The notes under the pieces were generated by a model. It did no database searches. It was not told the origin of the DNA and saw nothing but the letters and a program-made list of their open reading frames with translations. The translations under genes and the position numbers were made by a program. From Eledone cirrhosa (Eukaryota), in the NCBI GenBank assembly GCA_964016885.1, contig OZ024742.1:162254001-162318000 (forward strand): a stretch of DNA of 64,000 nucleotides, read 5' to 3'. Positions 52,428 to 64,000 of this stretch are shown piece by piece. Position 1 is the stretch's first letter; every line of letters starts with the position of its first letter.

Positions 52428-52648
52428 AGGGCGGTGGATTGGCAGTATCGGTAGAGGGTGGTCGGACGGCATGCTTTGCAGCATAGAATTACGGCTCCTT
52501 ATGATCTGAGTTCAAATCTCGCCGAGGTTAACTTTGCTTTCATCGTTATGGGGTCGATAAAATAAAGTACCAGTCACGCACTGGTGTCGATTTAATCGAA
52601 TTCCCCCTCCCCCCAAATTGCTGGCCTTGTGCCTTTCTAAGAAACCAT
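52428..52648 (+). mobile_element. SINE family A, well-preserved copy
   Basis: gggcggtggattggcagtatcggtagag...gagttcaaatc...ggggtcgataaaataaagtacc...ggccttgtgcc. Confidence 0.88.
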
Positions 52649-53414
52649 AAGCAGTAAAATAAGCTTCTGGGACCCCGGCTAGAGTTGCGTCCCTTTAGGG
52701 TTTACCGGTAAAATAAGCTTTAAAATCATGTTTGTCTATTTTGCCGGGACCGGCTCCGTAGCCTATTCCAAATAAAATAGACAATAAAGACTAGTGATAG
52801 CACTCCATACATACAACTAGAAACCTGTTTATATGCAAGTTGTCTTTTGTATTATTTTACTTTAATTTCTTATACAAATGTCAGCTTTTTGTCTGAAAGT
52901 TCAATCAACCCCTCAGGGTAGTACTATCGACCACTGAGGTCAATATCGATCACTTTGGTGAACCTTACTGTAGATTAAACCAAAAATAATAGTTTCTTAT
53001 AAAATTAAACTAAAAATAATACAACAAACAATACTAATCTATCGTCGGTTTGATTTATAAGGGGAATAACTCAATTAGCGCGTTTTAAATTTAACTTGAT
53101 TATCTCCCTTGAATTTAATAAGGCCATTTTACTTTTAATTTTTGACATATTCTTTTATTTTTTAATGGTTCTATCATTTGACTGTGACCATGCTGGGACA
53201 CTGCCACATACAGAATACTCTTCTTTTTACTGGTTTTAGTCATTAAACGGTGGCCATGTTAGAGCACCACCTTGATATTAGTCCATCGTTATCGATCTCA
53301 ATACTTATTTTTTGAAAGTCTGTAAATTATTTTATTGATCTTTTTTTGTACAACTGCTAAGTTACAGAACATAAACATAGATAAACAGACGCAAACACAC
53401 ACATACATACATAG

Positions 53415-54230
53415 GTCCTTTTCAGCACAGCACCCCTTCAGTCGTTGCGTTTCTTCATCATCTCCTCTGTGAGATTCAGTGATTTATCACCTCCACCCAG
53501 GTTTTCCTTGATCTTTCTCTACTATAGCTTCATTTCACTAGGATTTCCTGGCACTTTTCACCCACTGATCAGCATTCATGCTCATCATATGTCCATACCA
53601 GCACATGTTCCTCTCTTGCACACTACATCTGATTTCTCTTAGACCCACTTTTTTCTCTCAGTTCATCCATGCTTTGCCTTTCACACACATTAATATATCA
53701 CATCCATTAGATCATACTTGCTTCAATTCACTCTCTTTACTGACAGCTCCACTGTACATGGCTTTCACTGCTCTCACCTAGTTTCGTTAGGGACCATCAA
53801 ATCAACAAAAGTCAGATATAGTGGCCTACACTTAGCTAGAAAATTATCTTGTAATATATTTGTAATATTCCTTCTGGGCACAAAACCAAGCAGTATTTTA
53901 TATAATTTGATTCTTTCTCTAATTACACTAAAACTATTTCTGTCACTCTCATTACCCGATCCATTAGTTAAATGCCCTTGTAGTTACTCCTTTCTAGTGC
54001 ATCACCATTTCCCTTGTAGCAATTAATGTGTATACTACTACATCAGTCATTGGGTGTGACCCATCATGTATTACATGATTGATTATGCAGGTGACTAATT
54101 TGACTCATGCTTCTCAAGAAAATTTAACATTCTCAACATTTATTGGTAATGGACCAATAGCCTTACCATTTTTCATCTTCTTGATTGCTTCTTTGACCCT
54201 ATAACTGTCAATTTCGATAGCTATCCCCTT
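53415..54230 (-). mobile_element. Highly decayed RTE fragment
   Basis: Patchy similarity to 21730-22200 and 25600-25930. Confidence 0.55.
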
Positions 54231-54239
54231 TCTCTTTCT

Positions 54240-54945
54240 TCATTATCATTTATGTATATTCATTATCAGCTCTATATCTTCATTATCCATTCTATATCCC
54301 CATTATCAGATTTATATCCTCCTTATCAGCTCTATTTCTTCCTTATCAGCTCTATATCTTTATTATTAACTTTATATCCTCATTATCAGTTCTATATCCT
54401 CATTATCAGTTCTATATCTTCATTATCAGCTCTATATCTTTATTTTTGGCTCTATATCATCATTATCAGTTCTATATCATCATTATCAGTTCTATATCTT
54501 CATTATCAACTCCATATCTTCATTATTAGCTTTGTGAATTGGCAGTATCGGTAGAATATTGGACGCCATGCTTTCTAGCATAGTTACGTCCCTTTACGGT
54601 CTGAGTTCAAATCCCGTCGAGGTTAACTTTACCTTTCATCCTTACGGGGTCGATAAAATAAAGTACCAGTAATGTACTGAGTAATTGCTGGCCTTGTGCC
54701 AAAAGTAGAAACAATTATTAACTCTATTTCTTCACTATATCTTCATTTTCAACTCTATATCCTCATTATCAGCTCTATATCTTCATTATTAGCTTTATAT
54801 CCTCATTATCAGCTCTATATCTTCATTATTGGCTCTATTTCTTCATTATCAGCTCTATATTTTCATTATCAGATCTATATCTTCATTACTGGCTCCACAT
54901 CTTCATTATCAGTTTTAGAGCCTCATTATCAGATCTATATCCTTC
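54240..54945. repeat. 21-bp minisatellite (cattatcagctctatatctt-like) interrupted by a SINE-A at 54539-54720
   Basis: Direct reading. Confidence 0.92.
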
Positions 54946-54954
54946 TTTCAATTC

Positions 54955-55860
54955 TGTCTGAACAACGGTGCTACTCCAGAGCAGTGGAAAACTGCCAGTG
55001 TCATTTCTCTGTTCAAAAAGGGTGACCACACATCACCTGTCAACTATCATCCAGTTAGTCTTACTAGCTGAATTGCCAAACTGATGGAATCCTGTGTCAG
55101 AGAAACACTTTGGAACTTCTGGAACTCTCACAGTTTTATTTGGCCCTTGCAATTTGGATTTATCTCTAACTACAGCTGCTGTGATCAACTTATCGAGTTT
55201 CTTGAAGACATCACCCGGATCACTGATGGCGGCTCATGGGTGGATGTTGTTTACCTTGACTTTGCTTATGCTTTCAATTCTGTGCCACACAAAAGACTTA
55301 TGGCAAAACTCTCTGCAACTCAAGTTGGCTGTGGACAAGTGTACCACCATGCATTTTGGGAGTAAAAACCTAGCATCCACATATTAATATCAAGAAGTCT
55401 TCTTGTGAATGTGACCTGGCATTATTGTCATCAGCGATTTACGTTGGACAAAGCACATCACTAAAATTGTCAAGAAGGCCTTTGTCAGCCACTCTCCAGC
55501 TATCGATTTAAAGCTATATATAGCTATGGTATGGCCACACTTAGAATTTGCATCACCAGTCTGGAACCCCTGTCTTGCTCAGAACATTGACTTCCTGGAA
55601 ACTGTTCAGAGACGTGCAACCAAGCAAATACCCTCCATCAGGCATCTACCATACTCTGAACGCCTTACTTCCCTGGGCATGGATACATTGAAGCTCTGAC
55701 GTCTGGCAACTGACTTGGTAAACACCCACAACATTATTAACCATTTTGCCGACAACAACCCTGAGCACCTTTTTGATTTACATGTGTCTAATACATGTGG
55801 GCATGCCTACAAAGTCAGAAAACAGCACAGCTACCATGACTTTCGGAAACAATTTTTTTC
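54955..55860 (+). mobile_element. CR1-like LINE RT/3' fragment, decayed
   Basis: WK.A....FKKGD...NY.PVSL, QFGF, VDVVYLDFA.AF.SVPHKRL, P.LEFASPVWNP, VQRRATK, T.GH.YK..K...RKQFFS. Confidence 0.85.
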
Positions 55861-55861
55861 G

Positions 55862-56403
55862 TGGTCTACCTCTAACACGTCTTCCTTCAACTGGCATTTC
55901 CTGGCACTTCTTCACCCATCAGTCATCCTCCATGCGCATCACATCTCCATACCATCGCAGTCTCCTCTCTCGCACACTACAATCTATCCCTCTCAGACAC
56001 AGTTTCTCTCTCAACACATTCATGCTCGGTCGTTCACGCACATTGACATTGTACATCCAACGGAGCATGCTTGCCTCATTTCTCTCCAGCCGTCGCATAT
56101 CCTCTGCAGTTACTGCCGATGTCTCACTGCCATGCAGTATCGCGCTCCTCACACAGGCATCATATAACCAGCCTTTCGTACGCAGGGAGAAACCCTTCTT
56201 CGTCAGCAGAGGAAGCAGCTCCCTATATTTCTTCCAACCTGTCCTCATTCTAGATACTATGGCCTTGGAACACCACCCTCCCATGCTAATCTGATCTCCT
56301 AGGTACCGGAAGCTATCAACCACTTCTATAGCACCCACCTGCATTTGAAAAATGTGTCTATCAATGCGACTTCTACTGTCTAATTTCCCTGTACATCTAC
56401 TGC
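55862..56403 (-). mobile_element. RTE 3'-ORF fragment, older subfamily
   Basis: VVDSFRYLGD..MRTGWKK..LYDACVRSAILHGSET..RLRWYG. Confidence 0.9.
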
Positions 56404-56408
56404 ATACG

Positions 56409-56437
<29 letters not shown>

Positions 56438-56477
<40 letters not shown>

Positions 56478-57652
56478 GTTTAACATCCATCTTCCACGCT
56501 TGCATGGGGTTGGACGGGAGTTTTCCCACTTCAGGCAAGAGTGGTTGTCTTGCTCGTATAGGACTGTCTGGCGGGTTTTCTACGGCTGGATGCCCTTCCT
56601 AACACCAACCACGTTTACAGTGTGGGCTGGGAGGTTTTTACCGTGTTACCTACACGGCCACATTACAGCGTGGACTGTGTGTTTTTTTGTCGTGACACCT
56701 ACACGACCTCATTTGTTTCGGACTGGATGTTGTGGTACCAACATAACTTTACATTGAAAGGGGTGGTGTGGATGGGGTGGGGGTAGTGGGACGGGGTATA
56801 TTTTTGTTAGAGGTGCCTACTGACTGTAGTAGGGTTCACTTTGTACTTCTGTATTACTGTGTAGCGCCAAAGATCTCGGTCCAGTGACATTGTCTTGGAG
56901 AGGTGTAAGTGTTTGAGGTCGGAATTTATTAAGTCGTCCCAGGTTTTTCTGGGTCTGCTTACTCCGTGGCTACCGTCTATTTTTATTGCCCTGCACTTTT
57001 TTATACAGCTGTCGTCTTTCATGTGCATCACGTGACCGTACCAACGTAGTCTTCTCTCAAGTAAACAACATCTGATTCCTCTTATTTCTAATTTTTCCCT
57101 TAGTTCGTTTATGCTTTGCCGTTCACGTATATTACTATTACACATCCAGCGGAGCATGCAAGCTTCGTTCCTCTCCAGTCTGCGTATATCCTCTGCACAC
57201 AATACCCAGGTCTCACTGCCATGTAACATTGCTGTTCGTATGCAGGCATCATACAACCTGCCTTTCATTTTTAGAGAGAACCCTTTAGCGGCTAATAGTG
57301 GTATAAGCTCTCTGAACTTTTTCCATCCAGTTCTGACTCTAGCTACTGTACTTTCAGAGCACCCTCCCCCACTGCTAATTTTGTCACCCAAGTAACGGAA
57401 GGTGTCCACTATTTTTATAGAACCTTCTGTGCAATGGAATGAGCTAGTATTCTGTGGGCACTTGCTGCTACTTATTGCACCAGAGCACCGGCCACATATA
57501 AAATCTATATTCTTAGTTAGCTTACCTGTGATCCCACTACATCTTTTATGCACCCATACTTTGCATTTGGGACATAAAATGGAATTTCTGCCTACTCCTT
57601 TCCTACACACTGAGCATGGCCATTTCCCGGATGGGACCGGTGCCCTATTTCC
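56438..57652 (-). mobile_element. RTE 3' fragment fused head-to-head to the following element
   Basis: ORF 56807-57610 is almost identical to 23942-24721; (CAT)n tail. Confidence 0.95.
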
Positions 57653-57665
57653 AAATATATATATA

Positions 57666-60600
57666 CCCCCCCCCCCCCCTCTATATCATGCTGGTTCGCC
57701 ACCAATCCCTTCCTCTCTCTCCAAATATAAAATAAATCCTGCAAATACGAACCTCAAAAATCGCCAACCCTAGACAGGCTAGGCTGCTATCACGGTGTAA
57801 TGTAACGTACAAATATTTCTTCACTCTTCTCACCATTTTAATTCGCTAGCCCATTCATCAATCTGTATCATTTCTCCCCGAATCCAATCTTTGCTTTTCT
57901 ATTCGATAATTCTAGCGTATTTTTCAAAACAAATCTTGTATTATTGTTTTATGCTTGTTAAATTATGCCCAAAATACGGGGATCTTATTTAAACCTTAAC
58001 CTTCTCACTAACTACCCAATATCCCTCCCCCACGCATCACCATTATTACGTGGGCCAATCATAAGTCAGCGGCCTATGCTATCGCTTACCTGGTTGCCTT
58101 TCGATATGATGGATGGACTACGGAATTCTGGAGAGTTTGAAAAGAAAAAAAATCTGGACACTCAGTGACAATGCCAAAGATAAAGACAAATTCACCTCAT
58201 GGACGAGAATGTAAGGAATCCTCCTCTTTGTTTCGGCCGCGGATGGCTAACATAACCCCCCCCCCTGCGCCCCACCGCTCCCACCCTACAAACGCAATCC
58301 CAAACTTCAGAGTTTGTACCATGAACGTAGGCACCTTAAAGGGTCGCTCTAACGAGGTTGTAGAAATGCTTGAACGTAAGGAGGTCGATGTTTGTTGTAT
58401 TCAAGAGACCAGGTGGAGGGGTGGGTCTGCTAGATTCATCGTGGGTAAAGAACGATGCTATAAGCTTTTCTGGGTGGGAAATGACAATGGGCTGGGTGGA
58501 GTAGGAATCATTAAGATAATAGAAGTAAATAGAGTGAACGACAGAATAATTAAAATAAGACTTGTCCTCAATAGAACTACTGTGACAGTAATATCTGCGT
58601 ACGCACCCCAATCCGGACTGCCCGGCACTATAAAAGACAGATTCTATGAGACACTAATGCTCACTACCTCCCAAATAACCGACAGGAACTATATAATTAT
58701 TGCTGGCGACCTAAATGGTCAGGTTGGACAACATTGTGACGGCTATGACGGAATCCATGGAGGCTATGGGTTTGGTACTAGAAATGAGGAAGGCTCCAGA
58801 ATCCTGGAATTCTGTGACGCAAATAACCTAACTATCTGTAACACTAACTTCAAAAAACGAGACAATCACTTGATCACCTATAGATCGGGGGAACACACAA
58901 GCCAGGTAGATTATATCCTTACCAGGAGACGTGACAGAGTGTCTGTTGTAAACACTAAATCCCTCCCCCATGAAGAATGCTCATAATTAGCGACCTCATA
59001 GTCAGGAAGAGACGTACTCCACAACAGAAGAGGACTATCCTCAGGAGAAAAATATGGAAGCTAAAGGACCCCACAGCCAGTAATAAATTTAAAAGCATAT
59101 TACTTGATGCTTTGATAGTAAGGAAGAGCAATTAGAGTCGTACAATATAGAGGAACAGTGGGAATTCCTGAAAGCTAACCTGCTGAAGGCGACAGATGAA
59201 ACCTGTGGGTGGAGCAGGCCTATAGACATGAGGAGAGTAACTTGGTGGTGGAACAGAAAGGTGGAGAGGTCAATCAAGGCCAAAAAGCAGGCTTGGAAAG
59301 TATGGCGGGATGGGGGAAGTAGAGAAGACTATCAAGTGGCCAGGAGGGAAGCTAGGAGACAAGTGTACTTCGCAAGAAGGGAAGCAGAGGAAAGAAAGTT
59401 CAAGCATGTTCTACAACGCAACGACCAAAAACGTGTTGATGAATGGCTTGTGAGAGCTATACAAGCCATGTATAAAGAAACAGTCAGCAAGGTTAGAATT
59501 AACAACGAATATAGTGAAGAGTTTAGCGTAAAAGTTGGTGTTCATCAGGGCTCCGTCCTTAGCCCCCTACTATTTATTAATGCCCTACAGAGGAGTTCAA
59601 GACCGGCTGCCCATGGGATCTCCTATATGCAGATGATCTAACGCTCATAGCTGAATCAATGGCTGAACTAGAGAAGAAATTCCAAACATGGAAGCATGGC
59701 CTAGAATCAAAAGGCCTTAAAGTTAACTTGTCTAAGACTAAAGTTCTAGTTTGTAGGAAGGAAAATAGGGCACCGGTTCCATCTGGGAAATGGCCATGCT
59801 CAGTGTGTAGGAAAGGAGTAGGCAGAAATCCATTTTATGTCCTAAATGCAAAGTATGGGTACATAAAAGATGTAGTGGGATCACAGGTAAGCTAACTAAG
59901 AATATAGATTTTATATGTGGCCGGTGTTCTGGTGCAATAAGTAGCAGCAAGTGCCCACAGAATACTAACTCATTCCATTGCACAGATAGTTCTATAGAAA
60001 TAGTGGACAGCTTCCGTTTCCTGGGTGACAAAATCAGCAGTGGGGGAGGGTGCTCTGAAAGTACAGTAGCTAGAGTCAGAACGGGATGGAAAAAGTTCAG
60101 AGAGCTTATACCACTATTGGCCGCTAAATGGTTCTCTCTAAAAATGAAAGGCAGGCTGTATGATGCCTGCATACGAACAGCAATGTTACATGGCAGTGAG
60201 ACCTGGGCATTGTGTGCAGAGGATATACGCAGACTGGAGAGAAACGAAGCTTGCATGCTCCGCTGGATGTGTAATAGTAATATACGTGAACGGCAAAGCA
60301 TAAACGAACTAAGGGAGAAATTAGGAATAAGAGGAATCAGATGTTGTTTACTCGAGAGAAGACTACGTTGGTACGGTCACGTGATGCGCATGAAAGACGA
60401 CAGCTGTATAAAAAAGTGCAGGGCGATAAAAATAGACGGTAGCCACAGAGTAGGCAGACCCAGAAAAACCTGGGACGACTTGATAAATTCCGACCTCACA
60501 CACTTACACCTCTCCAAGACAATGTCACTGGACCGAGAGCTTTGGCGCTACACAGTTATACAGAAGAACCGCCTTGCCTAAGTACAAAGCGAAACCTACA

Positions 60601-60943
60601 GTCAGTATGCACCTCTAACGAAATACACCCCCCCCCCCCTAAATGTAAAGTTATGTTGGTACCACAGTATCCAGTCCGAAACAAATGAGGTCGTGTAGGT
60701 GTCACGACAAAAAAACAAAACAAAAAAAAATACAGTCCACGCTGTAATGTGGCCGTGTAGGTAACATGGTAAAACCTCCCAGTCCACACTGTAAACGTGG
60801 TTGGTGTTAGGAAGGGCATCCAGCCGTAGAAAACCCGCCAGACAGTCCTATACGAGCAGGACAACCAATCTTGCTTCAGGTGGGAAAACTCCCGTCCAAA
60901 CCCATGCAAGCGTGGAAGATGGACTTTAAACGATGATGATGAT
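57666..60943 (+). mobile_element. RTE-clade LINE from 5' UTR to (GAT)n tail, internally deleted (much of RT N-terminal half missing)
   Basis: ATG at 58171; EN motifs NVGTL, QETRW, SAYAPQ, GDLNG, VDYIL; QGSVLSP, LYADDL (59622-59640), PHD-like insert and thumb; 3' UTR. Confidence 0.95.
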
Positions 60944-61125
60944 ATATATTTATTTATTACTAGCATGGATTAAAAGTTTTAGCAAACAATTTCTTTAGGG
61001 TAAAAGTAAAAATTGTTTGCTTAAACTTTTAATTTTTGCTAATAATAAATATTTGTTCTATGGGTTTATTTATACTTATATATATACAATCCTTATCGAG
61101 TCCTCTCTGTATATTGCTATTTGTA

Positions 61126-61380
61126 TTGGCAGAATTATTAGAGCGTCAGACACCATGCTTTGCAGCATAGGGTTATGGCCCTTTACGTTCTGAGTTCAAA
61201 TCCCGCCGAGATTAACTTTGCCTTTCATCCTTACGGGGTCGATAACATAATGCACCAGTAATGTACTGTCGATTTAATCGATTTTCCCCTCCCTCCAAAT
61301 TACTGGCCTTGTGCCCATACTAGAAATCATTATTACCTGGGATAATTGCTGGCCTTGTGCCTAAAGTAGAAACAATTATT
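61126..61380 (+). mobile_element. SINE family A with duplicated 3' end
   Basis: Diagnostic blocks; ggccttgtgcc...tagaaa occurs twice. Confidence 0.85.
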
Positions 61381-61726
61381 ACTACTATATATATATATGT
61401 ATGTATTGTCCCACCCTTGCAAGCAGGGAAAAGCGGACGTAAAATGATGATGATGATGATGATGATGTATATGTATATATCTCTATATATAAAAATGTCA
61501 CTCTGTCTGTTCCCATGCATTCTCAAACAGCTGGACCAAATCAAATCAAATTTTACAAGGTAATAGTATTAGACCCCGAGTGTCAACATGTAATATTTAT
61601 TTTCATTTGGATTAAAACAATAGAACACAACAACGTCACATTTTATATATGAATATGTATGTGTCTGTGAGTATGTATGTGTGCATTCATTAGGTACGTT
61701 ATTAAATACACACACATATCTACATA

Positions 61727-61766
<40 letters not shown>

Positions 61767-61802
61767 TATATAATATTTATATATAATATATATAAATTTT
61801 TT

Positions 61803-62895
61803 TCTCCATTTTTCCATGTTCGTTCAACTAATCAAACCTCCAAGATGCTCGCAGTCAACTATGCTTTTAGCATATTAACAACAAATATGACTTCCACTGC
61901 AATAAAAAATGACTAGCTTTGTGAATGGTATTCCCACCTATTTCTGCCCTCTTTTTTATACAGAGCTAGTCATTTTGGACAGGTTTCCATTGATAATATG
62001 TGCAATCATTATCAGGTAATCATTGATAATATGTGCAAAAGATAGTCATTTGTGAGCACCGTTAATGTCAGATTGGGAGGTAAACACACAAGAAAAAAAC
62101 AAAAGAAAACAGTAAGAAAATTTTTCACACTGAGATCAATAGCATAAGGTGATGTAGTATGTTGTAGCTTGGTATGGTATGGTTTGCCTTGGTGTAGTTT
62201 GGTGAAGTTATGACATGGAAACCAATCGTAAATGGTAGATTTCCATGTCATATACATTGATAATGTGTGAAAAAATAGTTAATTGCAAGCACCTTTAATG
62301 TCAGATTGGGTGGTAAGCACACAAACAAAAAACAAAAACAAAGAAGCGTAAAAAAGTTGTCACACTGAGATCAAGGAGTGGGTGTTCTTCAATAAATTTA
62401 CCATGATATGATATAGTATGGTGTAGTTTAGGGCAGTTTAATGCGGTGTGGTTTGCTTTGTTATAATGTGTTTCCCTATTAAGTAAGGGCTTTAATTTCC
62501 CCTTTGATTTAAGTGAGAAAAACATTTTTTTCCTTCATTTTTCCATGTGCTATCAACTAATCCAACCTCCAAGATGCTCGCAGTTGACAAATTTTTTGCA
62601 TATTAACAACAAATATGATTTTCACTGCAATCAAAAATGACTAGCTTTGTGAATAGTCTTTCCGCCCTCTTTTTTCTACAAATCTAGTCATTTTTGATAG
62701 GTTTCAAAGTGATATTCATTGATAATATGTGAAAAAAATAGTCAATTGGGAGCACCTTTAATGTCAAAGAAACAAAAAAAAAAAAATACGAAGAAAATTT
62801 TTCACATAGATCAATACCATGGTGTTATTTAGTATGGTGTAGTTTGGTATGGTGTGGTTTGGTGTAGTTTAATGTGGTGTGGTCTGCTTTGTTAT
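61803..62895. repeat. Degenerate tandem duplication (offset ~730 bp) with a three-copy ~200-235 bp subunit
   Basis: caactaatc.aacctccaagatgctcgcag at ~61824 and ~62554; attgataat.tgtg...gcacc.ttaatgtca at ~62022, 62257 and 62718. Confidence 0.8.
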
Positions 62896-63079
62896 ATGTC
62901 TGCTTTGTTATAATTAAATGTCTCTATGGTTTGAGGGAGATTTCATTGCTACTACTAGCATTGCTTAAGACACCAAAAAAAATTATTTTACTGGTGTTCC
63001 CATAATTTTACAAAACTGTGTGGTATGATGGAGATTTGATGTTATTTGTAATAGATTTTATGTCATATTTATATATATT

Positions 63080-63203
63080 TAGGAAAAAGTATGACCCCGA
63101 CGCAGAGCTCAAGCCGTTTCGACGGCTATTTCTGGACTATTTCTGTCCAGAAATAGCCGTCGAAACGGCTTGAGCTCTGCCGTCGGGGCCATACTTTTTC
63201 CTA
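63080..63203. repeat. GC-rich near-perfect palindrome, 58-bp arms, 7-nt loop
   Basis: Arms differ by one substitution and one indel; each arm has an internal agccgt-ttcg-acggct hairpin. Confidence 0.95.
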
Positions 63204-63281
63204 TTACCCACTCTACTACCCTAAGTATTGAGTACTCTGGTGCGTTATGGTCCATCTGGTTCGTTATCACAATTCCTTCGT

Positions 63282-63312
<31 letters not shown>

Positions 63313-64000
63313 TTTGTGAAATGGGTGTTGGTTGAAATTCAGATTAAATGGTAGTAGACATGGTGGGACGGACATGAAAATTTACACACCTATGTAAAAA
63401 GTGCCAAGGAAGCAAATAGATGCGGTTTCAAATCTCTAACTTGAAAAATGTGGTCCCTAGGGCCCCCAAACGGTCTATTTACTATCGCGTTCGGTGAGTT
63501 ATTTCCCCCTGTTCTAATACTTGGATGAGTTATTTACAATTTCATACAAATTTTTAAACTCATCAACGTTCTTTCGCTGTTAACATACAGTACCAATAAT
63601 TTGAAAAATATTATTGAAAGTTTATTATAAAGAAGCAGTTCCAGGAAAAAGTGTAAACTATCATACAAACCTTCATAATATGCATTTTTAAACTTGCATA
63701 TAATCGACATTGCTATTTCGATGTTAATAAACTATCATCCTTCTACATTTAACGATCATACAGTACCGTTTTATGAAATCGATTCTGCAGTACGGTCACT
63801 GTTTTCCACCAAAAGAAATAAAACCCTTAAATTGCGAAGAAGGCACGCGTGTTTTTATTTTAATTCTAATACATGTTAACCACCACTAACAGTAAGTAGT
63901 ATTTTTCAAATTGCATATCATCGACATTGCTATTTCGCTGTTAATAAACAACGCTTTTCACGTCGCTCCACTTCTCATTGTACGGCGTCCAGCCCCAAGT

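Noticed and set aside
52130-52770. Host gene promoter or first exon (CpG-containing patches, tgcgca motif)
   Set aside because: No ORF or splice structure that I can support; cannot be distinguished from decayed transposon sequence.

Overview
This is an AT-rich, repeat-saturated animal genomic window. The SINE families and the (CAT)n/RTE-tail repeats suggest a coleoid cephalopod such as an octopus; this is an inference. I can support no host protein-coding gene. Nearly all recognisable coding sequence belongs to decayed retroelements: RTE-clade LINEs, Tx1/L1-clade LINEs, two R4/Dong-like RLE LINEs, a CR1-like fragment, and a Penelope-like GIY-YIG fragment that the ORF track misses, flanked by 561-bp inverted repeats carrying a hammerhead-like motif. 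These are interleaved with two tRNA-headed SINE families, TA-flanked MITEs, minisatellites and microsatellites. Five observations stand out. (1) A 62-bp hairpin at 7230-7356 in which all 23 non-Watson-Crick pairs are G-U wobbles on the + strand, next to an A-to-G-hypermutated retroelement tail; this may be a genomic fossil of ADAR-hyperedited RNA. (2) Two RTE composites 34 kb apart share the same head-to-head fusion junction but carry different internal deletions. (3) A 22-unit tandem array is built from a tRNA-like Pol III SINE head. (4) LINEs appear to be microsatellite-targeted: Tx1 in (GATA)n, and Dong-like plus Tx1 tail-to-tail at (AAT)n twice. (5) Several long fold-back structures occur. 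Coordinates were read by eye and boundaries of degenerate repeats are approximate.
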